From Entomortierella parvispora E1425 (taxonomy: Eukaryota; Fungi; Mortierellomycota): a stretch of 64,000 nt of DNA. Each line of letters begins with the position of its first letter. The first letter of the stretch is position 1. This document shows positions 9,713 through 22,600 of this stretch, piece after piece. A model generated the notes under the pieces. That model saw only the letters and a program-made list of their open reading frames with translations, had not been told where the DNA came from and ran no database searches. The stretch covers positions 2,728,001 through 2,792,000 of the forward strand of contig BQFW01000008.1 of NCBI GenBank assembly GCA_020891255.1, written 5' to 3'. A program made the position numbers and the translations under genes.

Positions 9713-11156
9713 TTAAGCGGTCTCGGCAAGTCCCTCGACGAGGGCCTTGAGCTTGGCGAGATCAGCACCCAAGAGCTCACCGACCTTGGCACCCTTGTGG
9801 TAGGTCTGGAAGGTGGGCATGGCACGGATTCCGGCGGTGGAGGCGACCTCAGCGAGCTCATCAACATCAACCTTGACGAAGGTGATGCCCTCGAACTTCT
9901 CATCCTTGGAGAAGGTCTCGTACTTGGGGGCGATGACCTTGCAGGGACTAATGTTCAAAAGAATACAATTGTAGGCTGTTAGAATAGATTTTCATTATGC
10001 AGGAGATAGTAAGAGAAATACAAGCGAACAGACCCCCTCCTGGTCCCCATACTAAATTCATGCAGGAAATAGAATGATGGAACGCAAGGGCCTCCGAGGA
10101 AAAAAATGAAAGAGAACAATCCTGCAAATCTTGTAAAGCGTTTTTGGCAAAGTTGCGCCCGACGCTTCGCCACGACCTCATCGCTCGCTCGCTCTCTCTT
10201 TCCAGTTTGCCCTGTGCGCCATCGATGCAGCTGTCACGTCGCGAGAACTGGGGACATGGGAGTATGAAAGAGAACAGCCAAAACCTGAAACAGTGGCTCG
10301 CTCGCTCACTCCACTCCACTCCACAAGAACACTACTGATTGTCCACAAGGACAACACGAGGTGTAAAAAAAGAACAGGAAAGAGAGAAAAGAAAAAAAAA
10401 GAATTGGTGCTACCGATCCACCCTCGCCTTCCACCACAAGTGCACACAAGATTTGCATTGTAGTAACAAGAGAGCAAAGTGAACAAGGCGAGGGAAAGAG
10501 AAAAGAACTAGTTCCAGACTTTTTCCACAGCTCCAAGAGAGCCTTGAAAAGGGCGAGGGCGAGGGAGGTAAGAAAGAGAGCTCGCGACAAGATCTTCCGT
10601 TCCGTCCGCACCTTTACCCACGCCCCACTGTGCGATATCGAGAAAAGCGAGGGAATAAAAAAAAGAAAAAGAAAAAACCAGAAAATAGACACGGAAGCAG
10701 GATGAAAAAACAAGAGGGACAGGCCCTTGTTCCTTAGTGTTCCTTTGGCTTCCTTTGATTCGAAAACTCTAAACGGGGTGGTGACGGCCTCCCGGTTCCC
10801 GACTCTTATTTTCTTTCTTTTTTGTCCTCAACTCTGTGTTCGTGTTTTGTGTGTCCCGGAAGGAGTCCCGTCGTGTCTTTGACTCGTTCATGCATCCTTT
10901 GGTGGAAGAGGACTCCTGTCTGTCTGTCTGTCTGTCTATCCTGTCAACACCATCGCAAACACAGCACAGCAATTGAAAGACAACCAGAGGAGAAAAAGAA
11001 CCCAAAAAAGTGCACAGCTGCGGAGTCAGAGAAGAAAAAAAAGAGATGAGATTGATTTACATACCCGCACCAGGTGGCGTGGTAATCGACGATGACCTTC
11101 TCGCCAGAGGCAATGAGCTTGTTGAACTCTTCGGTGGATGTGATAGCCTTGACCAT
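9713..11156 (-). CDS. TRX1: Thioredoxin (108 aa), 2 exons: 11156-11065 and 9947-9713
   Basis: MVKAITSTEEFNKLIASGEKVIVDYHATWC-G / PCKVIAPKYE...FVKVDVDE...IRAMPTF. A GTATGT...TAG intron restores WCGPC in frame. Confidence 0.95.
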
Positions 11157-11627
11157 TGTGGATAGAGTGTGTGTGTGTGTGTGTTGAGGGAGTGAGTGAA
11201 AGTGAAGTTGATACAAAAAAAAAGAAGACTGAAAGCAGCGCAGATCGAAGTGGACTCTTTATAGTCGGAGCGTCGTGTGCAATTATAGATATCACCATCC
11301 CGAATGACGCCATTGAGCCCAGATTTCAAATCCCTCTCTAATTGCACACCGTCTGACAAACGATTTCCATCCCCCACTGTTTCTGCTGACCGATCTCTCT
11401 CTCTCGAGCTCATTCTCGCGCCTTCGGTGGCCACAAATGACGCTTTTTTCGCTCTTGTTGTCGCACCTTCTCTCTCCTTCGTCCCCCTATGCTTGGCGCT
11501 ACTCGCACCTTCTTGAAAACCACTCTAGGGCGCGGGATAGCGAAGAATAAATGTCCACAACGTGTATGGTTTATTGAGCAAAAAGGCATCGTTCGTAGTT
11601 GTCGCGCTGTTCGCTGCGCAGCCATGC

Positions 11628-13851
11628 TTAATTCCATGCGTTTGCGGAGAGGATATCGTTTGAATTACTTGTGTGCAAGGCGGAAGTTTCCCCTCCATAT
11701 GAAGATCCATCTGTCCCCGCTGCTGTTTCGCTGGAAGGATGGTCCAAGGTCGACTGCCGCTGTTGCTGTTGGTGCTGTTGGTGGTGTTGTGGTTGCTGCT
11801 GCTCCTGTTGTTGATGGTGCTGAGTCTCCTCCCCTGCGCCACTCAATGCCTTGAAGTAGTTTTCCCAGAGACCAACAATCTCCCGTTGGTGCTTGACCAT
11901 ACTGGCCAAGAACGCCTCAACGCTCTGTTTAAAGTCCTCGACCTTTTCCCGATCGAAGCGATCAAACTCTTGACGGATCAAACTCGAAATCTCTTCAAAG
12001 TCCTTTTTGCTCGTCTCCACGCGCTGCTCCGCCTCTGTGATTTCCTGTGAAAGTTGCTGAATCTTTTCCGGTTTGGTCTTGCGACTGGGTTGGTTCATCT
12101 TGTCAAAGTTGGCCTTCTTTTTTGAAAGATCGTTCTGGGCCAAGACCATGGTCTGGTTGAATTTGGCTCGGGCCATGAATGCAATCTTGATCGATCCAAT
12201 AGTTCGGATATATTCGTCCACAGTGTGTTCCAACGTCAGCACGTCCATGTGCGCCTGCTTGTCATGAAGCTCCTTGATCCGGATCTTGAGATTTCCTAGG
12301 ACTAGTAATGAGTTTGCTAGAGGTTTGTTGAGCTCCGTTCCTGCGAGGGACACAATACTCTCGCCAAATTCGGAGGATGCCACGCCAAGGTCCTTCCGCT
12401 GCTTGATAATCGCCTCAATGGCCTTGAGGAGCGACTTTAGTTGACTGTCCAGAACATCCAGTTGGGTCTTTCTTGACTCGAACCACTGTGAATAATTAAA
12501 ATGATAATAAACACAATTTCCCGTTTTAGATCACACTCTCAATGTCAAGGGTGGGCTGTAGTTGTAGAAAGCCAAATGTCATACCTCATCAGTCTCGTGA
12601 ACTTTGGTAAAAGTAGTTGCACTAGAGAGTGTCTCTCCAACTTTGGTCATGAATCCCTTTGAGCTATCCTGACGCTTTTCCTTGATCTAAATAGACAGCA
12701 GTAACGTTTGCATCAAAAGGCGGCGTCATGCACGACTTGGAATACCTCCGAAGAGCATTCTTTTTTACCTCAGCCACGAGACTGTCGCTCTCCAGGAAAA
12801 GCTTGAGATCTGGATCGCCATAGAGCATAGGGTGCGCCGTCATTTTTCGAAGACATCTCTCCAGTGCGATACGTCGGCTCTCCACAAACTCGTCTTGGAA
12901 TCGACCCAGTGCATGCTTCTCTGACACGGGTGGCACAATGACGCCTGGGTTGTGTGCTGTCAGTTGGTTGTAAAGCCACAAAAAGTCCCTGTATCTTCTC
13001 TGCACTGTGAAATCATTCGATTTGTACGCTGAGGAGTTTGTCTATTGGAGAAATAGGCAGCCATCTTGTTAGATTCATATTCGTCATCTGCCACCCATTT
13101 GGGTGGTGGTGCGATTCTAAAAGACATACCCGAATGTGCACTTTGTAGACAATATGAGGGCTGATGACGTCGCCGATCTTTTGGGGCTCTCCCACCGTAA
13201 TTTCAAACCAGGGAAGGACCCCATTTTCTGGAAGGCGCAGAGACGACATCTAACAACAGCCCTAGGGTATTAGTTGTTGCTCCGATTTGCACTCAAGTAG
13301 CGCCATTTTTTTTTTACCTGTGATCCCAAAGAGCGTGTGGACGCTGGCCGGAAGGGTCCTGCATCGTCGCTACTCCTTGCACTGTCCTGTCCCTGAGCTG
13401 CAGTCTGTTGATGATCGTCACTGTCATAGCGGGGATTCGAATCGACGCTGCTCCATCTTTGGTGACCACCACTTCCGCTCGTCTCCTGTCCACCCAGAAT
13501 CGGTGCTGCGAACGGGGTCTCTTCTACAGATCCAGCTGCAAGGTTGATGGCTGAAAAGGATTTTTGAAGGTGGGCTCCCGATCCTTCTGTGATGTGATCC
13601 TCGTTATCATCGTCGTTGTCCTCGTGGTGGCGGTGGACGTCAGTCGACTGGGGGTAGTACTCGTGAAAGTTGAGCGACTGCGAGGTCCTCAAAGTGGACG
13701 AGATGGCAGAGCCGCTGAGGGCGTCATCTGCAAAGGGATTGGATTCTGAGAAGGGATCGATGAAAGTGGAGGCATCAAGAGTGGTGCTTCCTTCTGCTGA
13801 TGTAGTGCTTCCATGAAGCAGGTCCGAGACAGAGTGGGTGGGGGATGTCAT
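11628..13851 (-). CDS. VPS5: Retromer sorting nexin Vps5/SNX1-2 (PX + BAR), multi-exon
   Basis: PX motifs FEITVGEPQKIGD..HIVYKV, VQRRYRDFLWLYNQL, PGVIVPPVSEK, RFQDEFVESRRIALERCL; BAR C-terminus QEFDRFDREKVEDFK..VGLWENY. Confidence 0.9.
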
Positions 13852-14159
13852 TGGGTCGTTCTTCCACTGAGTGGTGCGTGTGTGTCTGCGTGTGTCTTGA
13901 ATGGATGCGCTGTTTGCTTCCTTATATGCTGTTATGTTGTCTGTGCTCCTGCTAGTCCTTGTGTTGACCTTGGTGATTGTCTCCTTGCTTGCTTGTACAA
14001 AAGATGGGAAGGAATGTGAGTTGAACGGAAGAATGAAACGCGACACACCATGGAGTGCCTTGCATGGCATGGCACGGGTTCACTTTCTCGATGGTCACGT
14101 GCACCCAGATCCCCACTTTTTTTTTTCTCTCTGCTGATCTGAATCCCTGATCAGCTCTG

Positions 14160-17100
14160 CTCATGACGACTCGTTCGTCCCCAGTCCTTTCATCCATTCA
14201 CCAGTATCACTGACGCCGTTGTATTCTTTTTCTCTTCTGTATGTTTATTGTTCGTTTGCATCGTATCAATATGAAGATAAAAAATAAAAACTTGCCTCTA
14301 GACTTTTGGAAGCACAAAGAAAAAGAACACAAAGGTTAGTTTTTGTTGGCTTCACAAGCGTTGCCGCTTTTTTTTCTTTCATTCAAAGAAACAGAGGGAA
14401 AGGGGATGGATTTTCAGTTGGGTGCAATAACTATCAACACTGTGATTCAGGCGGTAATTCCAGCTTTAATTGCGTTTGTATCATCATAGTTGTCCGATGT
14501 AGGTTGGACAGTGGAAATTGGAGGGAAAGGTGAAATAGGCGAGCCATTGAATAAAAGGCAGAGAAACGACAGACTTACAAATTACATGTTCAAAACAGAC
14601 AGGTTGGAAGAGATGTTGGATGGACAAAAGGAATTGGAAGGGCGGAAGGGTGGAGGAGTAAGGGAAAGAAGAAAACTCTGCCATCGATTCACAATGCCAC
14701 TTTTATACTGTAAGGGACATTAAGACTGCGACAATAGTTGAAGCCACCCATTTCGGTGTTGTTGTTGAAAATGAGGCAGAACATCAAGGAATCAAAGAAC
14801 GGAGACGCGTCCTCCTTATAGCCTGTTGCCAATTGGCCAAACCCCCAAACTCAAAAAGATCACTGCAAAACCCAAAAAAAATCCAGCAAAAAAAAAATCC
14901 ACAGACAAACAAGACGATAGCACGCGTCCCCGTTCGCAAAGGGGCACCGATTGGATGCTGGGGGACCGGGCGAATAGAGGCCAGTAAAGGATACACAGAG
15001 AAGAATAGACAGAGAGAAGATGGGGCAAACAATTCAGTTCAGAAATGCTCAGCAAGAACAGCAAGAAGGAAGACTGACTATCGAGCGGCTCGCAGCTCTC
15101 AGGTCGTCAAGACCAGTTGTGCAAGCAGGTATACCCGCGGAAGGGTATGTTGTTTCAAGAAAGATGTCTGTGCCACCATCTCGCCCGCCATCAATTGGTC
15201 ACAAACTGTTCGTGTCCGAACTTTGCGCTCTCTCCTCGCTCGTTCCTCCAATGCCTTTTCCATCTCTAACACAAAAAACCACCGAGTGAGCAGAAGCAAA
15301 GACCTATGTGGTTCCAACAACAACAGGAGATGTCGGCAGGGATAAATCTGACTTTGAACATCTATTGAACACAGGCCAAAACGCACACTAAGAAGCAGAT
15401 GAAAAAGAAGAAGACAAGGAATGGAAAAAAGATTGGGTGCATGGGCGTCGATCATGGACTCACTGACTTGCCCCCTGTTCTTATTCACTCCTCCTTGTGG
15501 CCAGCTGCAGCTGCACCTCTCAACGACCAACCAGCAGCGAGCAACCACTCTGAGCACACACACAGAAAGAAGTGCAAGGCAGACAGTTCAATGAGACGAA
15601 CAAGCACGCACGAGTCTGGCGCCAAAAGTAGGGGTACAGAACAGAGAGCAGAAAAAACAAAACAGACAGGAACCGGTCTAACCCACCACTCGCGCGCTAC
15701 CAGTGGGATGGCATGGTCGTATCGACCTTTCCTTCTTCCTCCCTTTCCTTTCTACCTCGCACTTCCCGCTTTCTCCCTCCATTCCTGTTCGCCGTCGACA
15801 TATCACCCCTCCATTCGTCTTGCTCAATTTCCACTTTTTTGGGTTTTTTTTGTTTTTCTTCTTTTCCTCTTCTCCCTTTTTTTTCCCTCTCTTCGGCTCT
15901 TTCCTCCTTCCTCCCCGACCCGTTCACAGAGTACAGGGGCAACATGTCCTTCGCAGCTTCCGCTGCCTTCATCGGCTCCCCCCCCCACTCTCTATGTCTA
16001 CTATTATTCTTGTGCAAATACTGCCGCTCCTTCAGGGTCTCTGTTCGCCCTTGCCATTAGTGAGCAGGCCAACAGTACATCGATGGTGATTCAAGGGCAG
16101 GGTCTAAATGTCCAGGGATCCAGTCCTATAAAAACACCCATAGGAGCCTGGATGTTCCCCAACTCGCAAAATCAATTTATATTACTCCTGGATCAGTCAC
16201 CACCAGCGATAATAACGTTGCAGCCTCAGTCGACACCAGTTATCCCTCTCGCACAAGTTCTCTGGAACGGAACTAACAATGCGAACTGGACATTCGTCGA
16301 TCAATCAGGGGCACCTGGACTCCTTCCCTCGGGACTTACGCAGCTCTGGACAGCTTCTGGAAATACTACTGGAAGTGCTGAAGGCTCAGCGGTGTATGAA
16401 ATATATTCTGCAGCTCTAACAGACGGCGGACCACTTCCATTTGTCAACAAGCTGGATATTTCTAACGTAGTGAGTGGAGCTCAGTCGACATCCTCTTGGC
16501 TCAAGCAAGCAAATGGCGTTGACGCCACATCATCCCCACGAGTGGTTCGTTTGCTTGGAAATGTATCTACAGGCGTGAATGTAGCTGCTGTAGGGAAATG
16601 TTCCACGGCCGGCACATGCTTGGCTTTCTTTGCTGATTCGGGCTTTGGGGTAAGAAAAGTGAGAGGGCAGCTGTGAAGTGCCAGACAACGTGAATTGCAG
16701 TCTCCCTCGTAGCGCATCAACTTGTTGAATGTTTCCCAACTAAAAACTCGTCGTGCAAATCTTACCCTTGATAGGTCCAAGTACCTCAAACATCACCAAC
16801 ATACGACCCTACCGGCTGTGTCACATGTATGACCTTGAAGTTTTCAATGTTGTCAAATGAAAAGATGTGAAGAACTGACGATGAATACGATCCTTAATTT
16901 TCAGCGACTAGCGGCTCGACCAATTTGATCATTATGGTTACAACATCAGGTGTGTTCACTTTCAACTACGGTGCAGCCAACCTGCAGACTACTCCCTGGG
17001 TCAACGTTTCGAAATCCACACTTCCAAGCGCAGTCCTATCGTGCGGTGTTAGTGGCTCTAAACTGTATGCTGTTCTTCAAGGTAAAGAGAATGACCAGAA

Positions 17101-17955
17101 AAAAAATAGCTTTTCCGAATAATTCCAGTTCCCTTCAAACTTACCAACATCCTACGAAAAATATATTGTTGCATCAGGCGGTTCTATGCCCGCCATTCGT
17201 ACCGCATCAATGTCAGCAACAAGCTGGGAATGGCAAACCGCAACTTTGGTCCAACCCGTAGTGCAAGCTTCGCCCTCACCGCCAGCTACAGGATCATCAG
17301 GTGATAGTGGTGGCGCCCCTGGTTCTGGTGGTAGTAATGGAAGCAACGGCAGTAGTACAAATCCTAACGACAGCTCATCTGGAAGTAAAACAGGCAAGGG
17401 TGTCATCATCGCAATCGCGATCGTCGCCGCCTTGCTCCTGATTCTCATCCCGATCCTGATTCTCTGGTGGTGCCGCCGCAAGCGCCAGAACGACAAGAAG
17501 TACGAGGAACGGACCAAGGAGCTGAAAAAGTCTATTGTGATGGATCAAGATGGTGGGAAACGCATGTGCTCGTCCCTGCCTCTGCCCCGCGCGATTCCTC
17601 GTGCCCCCCAACATTCCCCTGTCACGTTCTACTTGGAGACCCCTGGGGCCACCCCTGCCCTCGGCGGTATGACCCTGATCGGCCATGACCGTAGCAGCCA
17701 CTCGGGATCGTCTAGCATGCCGGGCTCGAGCACGATGAGCTATGACGAAAGGCTGTCAGTGCACCCGTCGCACCCTTCGATGCAGTCTCTGCCGTCGATA
17801 CAGTCTCCCACGATGCAGTCTCCGCTACAAATGCAGGCTCAGCCATCGATCCAGTCCTTGCTGCATCCTTATCAGCAGCCCTCCAGGACTTGGTCGCAGG
17901 ATGGTGGCAGCGTGGCCAATGACGGCTCGCCCTCGCCCAGGACCTTGAACCCCTC
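14160..17955 (+). repeat. Tandem duplication unit A (~3.8 kb): upstream region plus membrane-protein gene copy A
   Basis: ctcatgacgactcgttcgtccccagtcc begins at both 14160 and 17953, and the following ~1.7 kb is colinear with small indels. Confidence 0.9.
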
Positions 17956-17959
17956 ATGA
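15944..17959 (+). pseudogene. Single-pass membrane protein copy A: +1 frameshift in a C9 run and C-terminally truncated (join 15944-16649, 16775-16826, 16905-17081, 17178-17959)
   Basis: Exons 2 and 3 (52 and 177 nt) equal those of copy B; total 1717 nt = 3n+1 because of C9 at 15978-15986; TM IIAIAIVAALLLILIPILILWW-CRRKR; stop created at the duplication junction. The frameshift may be a sequencing error. Confidence 0.6.
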
Positions 17960-19659
17960 CGACTCGTTCGTCCCCAGTCCTTTCATCCATTCACCAGTAT
18001 CACTGACGCCGTTGCATTCATTTTCTCTTCTGTATGTTTATTGTTCATTTGCATCGTATCAATATGAAAATATAAAAAATAAAAACTTGCCTCTAGACTT
18101 TTGGAAGCACAAAGAAAAAGAACACAAAGGTTAGTTTTTGTTGGCTTCACAAGCGTTGCCGCTTTTTTTTCTTTCGTTTCAAAGAAACAGAGGGAAAGGG
18201 GATGGATTTTCAGTTGGGTGCAATAACTATCAACACTGTGATTCAGGCGGTAATTCCAGCTTTAATTGCGTTTGTATCATCATAGTTGTCCGATGTAGGT
18301 TGGACAGTGGAAATTGGAGGGAAAGGGGAAATGGGCGAGCCATTGAATAAAAGGCAGAGAAACGACAGACTTACAAATTACATGTTCAAAACAGACAGGT
18401 TGGAAGAGATGTTGGATGGACAAAAGGAATTGGAAGGGCGGAAGGGTGGAGGAGTAAGGGAAAGAAGAAAACTCTGCCATCGATTCGCAATGCCACTTTT
18501 ATACCAAGACATGAAGACTGCGACAATAGAAAAACGCGTCCTCTTCATAGCGCTGTTGTGAGGCGTGACTTTTTGCCAATTGGCCGAACCCCCCAACTCA
18601 AAAAGAGCAGTGCAAAACCCAAAAAAATCCAACAAAAAAAAAATCCACAGACAAACAAGACGATAGCACGCGTCCCCGTTCGCAAAGGGGCACCGATTGG
18701 ATGCTGGGGGACCGGGCGAATAGAGGCCAGTGAAGGATACACAGAGAAGAAGAATAGACAGAGAGAAGATGGGGCAAACAATTCAGTTCAAAAATGCAAC
18801 AGCAAGAAGGAAGACGGACTATCGAATGGCTCGCAGCTCTCAGGTCGTCTAGACCAGTTATGCAAGCAGATATACCCGCGGAAGGGTATGTTATTTCAAG
18901 AAAGATGTCTGTGCCACCATCTCGCCCGCCATCAATTGGTCACAAACTGTTCGTGTCCGAACTTTGCGCTCTCTCCTCGCTCGTTCCTCCAATGCCTTTT
19001 CCATCTCTAACACAAAAAACCACCGAGTGAGCAGAAGCAAGGACCTATGTGGTTCCAACAACAACAGGAGATGTCGGCAGGGATAAATCTGACTTTGAAC
19101 ATCTATTGAACACAGGCCAAAACGCACACTAAGAAGCAGATGAAAAAAAGAAGACAAGGAATGGAAAAAAGATTGGGTGCATGGGCGTCGATCATGGACT
19201 CACTGACTTGCCCCCTGTTCTTATTCACTCCTCCTTGTGGCCAGCTGCAGCTGCACCTCTCAACGACCAACCAGCAGCGAGCAACCACTCTGAGCACGCA
19301 CAGAAAGAAGTGCAAGGCACACAGACAGTTCAAGGTATGGCGCCAAAAGTAGGCCAGGGACACAGAACAGAGATCAGAAAAAAACAAAACAGACCAGACA
19401 GGCACCGGTCCAACACCCGCGCGCTGCCAGTGGGATGGCATGGTCGTATCGACTTTCCCTCTTCCTCCCTTTCCCTTCAACCTCGCATCTCCTGCCTTCT
19501 CCCTCCATTCCTGTTCGCCATCGACATTCATCCCTCCATTCGTCTTGCTCATTCCCTTTTTGTTGTATTTTTGTTTTTGTTCTTTTCCTCTTCTTTCTTT
19601 TCTCCTCTACTCTTTCTTCCTTCCTCTCCCCGGCCTGTCTTAAAGAGTCCAAGGGCAAC

Positions 19660-22600
19660 ATGTCCTTCGCAGCCTCCGCTGCCATCGTCGGCCCCAACCT
19701 TTACGTCTACTATTACTCTTCTGCAAATACCACCGCTCCTCTGGGATCCCTATTCGCATACACTGCCCCCAATGCAACTTCGAATACACTGTTGTATACA
19801 GGACAGAGTCTCATCAACTCGGGGCCCAATCCTGTAAAATCTCCCACCAGTGCCTGGATGTTCCCTAATTCGAAAAACCAGTTGATCCTCCTCCTGAGTC
19901 AGTCATCGCCAACGATATTGTCATTGCAACCTCAGTCCCAGCCTCAGCCACTCGTCAACCAAGTTCCCTGGAACGAGACTGGCATCAACAATGTGAATTG
20001 GGCTGTTACAGATTTGTCCTCGGTGTCTGGACTCGTTCCCGCAGGCCTTTCACAACCGCAAATCTCGATTGCTTCAGGAAATTCAGGAACTTCAGAGGGC
20101 TCGGGGATGTATGAGCTTTACTCTGCTCTTGTGCAAACGGCTTCGCAGCTTTATATAACCAAATTAGATATCTCGAACGGTGGAGCCGGGGTGATATCCT
20201 TGTGGCCAAGGTCTATTGGAAATATTGATCCTACTTCGTCTCCACGAGTGGTTCGTCTGCCTGGAACCTCAACTATGGGTGTGGATGTAGTTGCAGTAGG
20301 AGGGTGCCCTCCTACTAACAGCTCAAATCCAGGAGGAACGTGCCTGAATTTTTTTGTCGACGGAACCTTTGGTAACGCGGTAAGCTCAGCGTGAGGAGAA
20401 ATGAGAAAAGGATGGAGAGAGCATGTGTCTGTGTGCAATGTGGTTTTTGCCACTGTACGTTTTGCCGCTTTGGAAGGTAGTCCTGAAGCTCTGAACCCAG
20501 CCCCTCTTTGCTCACTCCTTCACTTCAGAGGGGCTGGGCGCAAATCTCACCCTTTCCTATGGATGACCCAAAATAATTTTTTCGTCCAAAAAAGGAAAAA
20601 AAATTCTCTGATAAATAGTGTAATTTAAAAACTTTAAATAAATTCACTCTAATAATAATAAAATAGTGAGAGTAATGCCAGCCATGCAGCCATGCCATCG
20701 CTCGTCGCCCGGCTTGAATGGGGTTAATTTCTTCCATTTTTTCATTTTTCATCGCCACCACTTTCTTTCATAAACCCCGCGTTCCGATCTTGCATTCAGC
20801 TCCTGCCACCTCTTCTTTATACCCTTCATCTGATTAAATGACAAAGATGGCAAGCAAAAGACCAATCGAGCAGAGGTGAGGAGACGCGTCTCGGGTGTCC
20901 ATGATGCTCAGAGTCGCCCACGCGTCCATCTGCTCATTTTTCTTCATCTCTTCATATTTTCTGTTGTAGTCATGATGCTCTTAGCAAATCTGATCAAGAT
21001 ATCCCGGGAACGCCGAGAAGATCGCGTAGCACCAAGGTGAGTAGCTTGATGTGGTGCCTGGTGGCCTCTTCCTGGTGTGGCCTCTTCTAACTCTGTGATT
21101 TACAATAGGGTGAGGGACGATTTCGTCTTGATTCCCCAGGTGCTCCTCCGCGAACCCCGCAAACAACACAAACCCCACGAGCACCACGAGCACCACGAAC
21201 TCCACGAACCCCGCGCACCTCACAAACCTTACAAACGCCAAGATTCATACAGTCACCAATTGTGGCCAACCAAGTATGAAAAAAATCGTTAAAAAATATG
21301 TGCTGCTCGCGTTTTTCTTTTCTAACAGATGTATCCACCTCCTCCCATTCATATCGATTAGGGAACTACCAATGGTTCTGGTGCTACCGATATGGCCCAA
21401 CCTTTACCCTTTGTCATGGAGGCACAGGCTCTTTCTCCGACTTCTCAGGCTGCGTACATTGGAGGATCAACGCAATTCAACATTGGAAAAAATTCGACGC
21501 CACCCATCACTGGAGAAGAACCGCCACGACTCAATGTTGGAGAGAATTTGACGCGATCCAATGTTGGAGAAGAATCGCCGCGACCCAGCAATGCGTCGGA
21601 GGAGTTGACGTTCGATCCTTTCTGTGATAACACTGATGGAGAACCAATCATGACGTGGGGTTCTGATAACTATTATGTAAGAACCCCTTTGAGGAAAAAG
21701 TGGTCATCGATGCAGCCATCGTCATCAGCTCCTTCTTCACCCGCCAATTCTGTCGGCTCTCCGTTGCAGTCATTCTCGTCACCATCAAATGCGGTTCTTA
21801 GCCAACCTTTACCGTTTATACAAAAAAAGCGATGAACGCGAAGACGAGAGTGATGTCCAGGTAAGTCGAGTTTAATTATGAAATGGCGATGTTCTGGACT
21901 TGCATTAACTCTCACATTAAAATGCATATATGTCTGTAATCTTCATACTGCAGGATCCATTATGTAAAGAGGCTATTCAAGCTTGCCGAAAGCGTTTTCA
22001 TCACTCACCAAAGGAGGAGCAGCTTCGTGTTGTCAAACATATATACAACAAGCAGGATTGCTTACTGCTTGCGCCCTGCGGGTGGGGAAAAACACTTGTA
22101 TTTTCTCTGCCAATGGTGATGTGGAAGGACAAGATTACGGTCGTCATTTCGCCGTTGATTGCCCTGATGCAGGATCAGATAAAGGTATGCCAGCATACAA
22201 TATACCAGTCTAACAGGTATACTTTTTCTAACATATCGCGCAATGCGACCCTGTGTTAATACTCTAGAAACTCAAAGAAAAGGATGTCACTTGTTTGCTA
22301 CTCTCGACCTACAACGGCAATCGAGTTAACGACAGTGACATTAAATTAGTTAAGGAGGGACATTACAGAGCTGTGTTCATGTCGCCAGAAGTCATTTTCG
22401 GGAAAGGATCTACTGCATGCAAGGTTCAGGACCTTTGGAACAATAAGTATTGGAAAAGTCAACTATGCTCCATCGTCGTAGATGAAGTCCACTGTGTAGA
22501 TAAATGGAAAGATTTTCGGCCGTATTATTCGCAAATTGGATCATTGCGTGGTAAGGTACCTGGGGTGCCGATCGTAGGCCTGACTGCAACCCTCCCACCC

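Noticed and set aside
9528-13851. Functional cluster of NLR, thioredoxin and VPS5, or a biosynthetic gene cluster
   Set aside because: Adjacency only; there is no backbone enzyme or shared regulatory signal.
14833-15345. Small ORFs repeated in both duplication units (e.g. 15020-15289 and 18794-19030)
   Set aside because: Their conservation is explained by the recent duplication; indels between copies break the frames.
15399-15943. N-terminal part of the 425-aa ORF 15399-16676
   Set aside because: The upstream pyrimidine tract is joined to the real exon only through the C9 frameshift; copy B shows the start at MSFAAS.
21140-21240. CRISPR-like or spacer array in caccacga repeats
   Set aside because: These are short coding tandem repeats (PRA/PRT) with no unique spacers, in a eukaryotic context.
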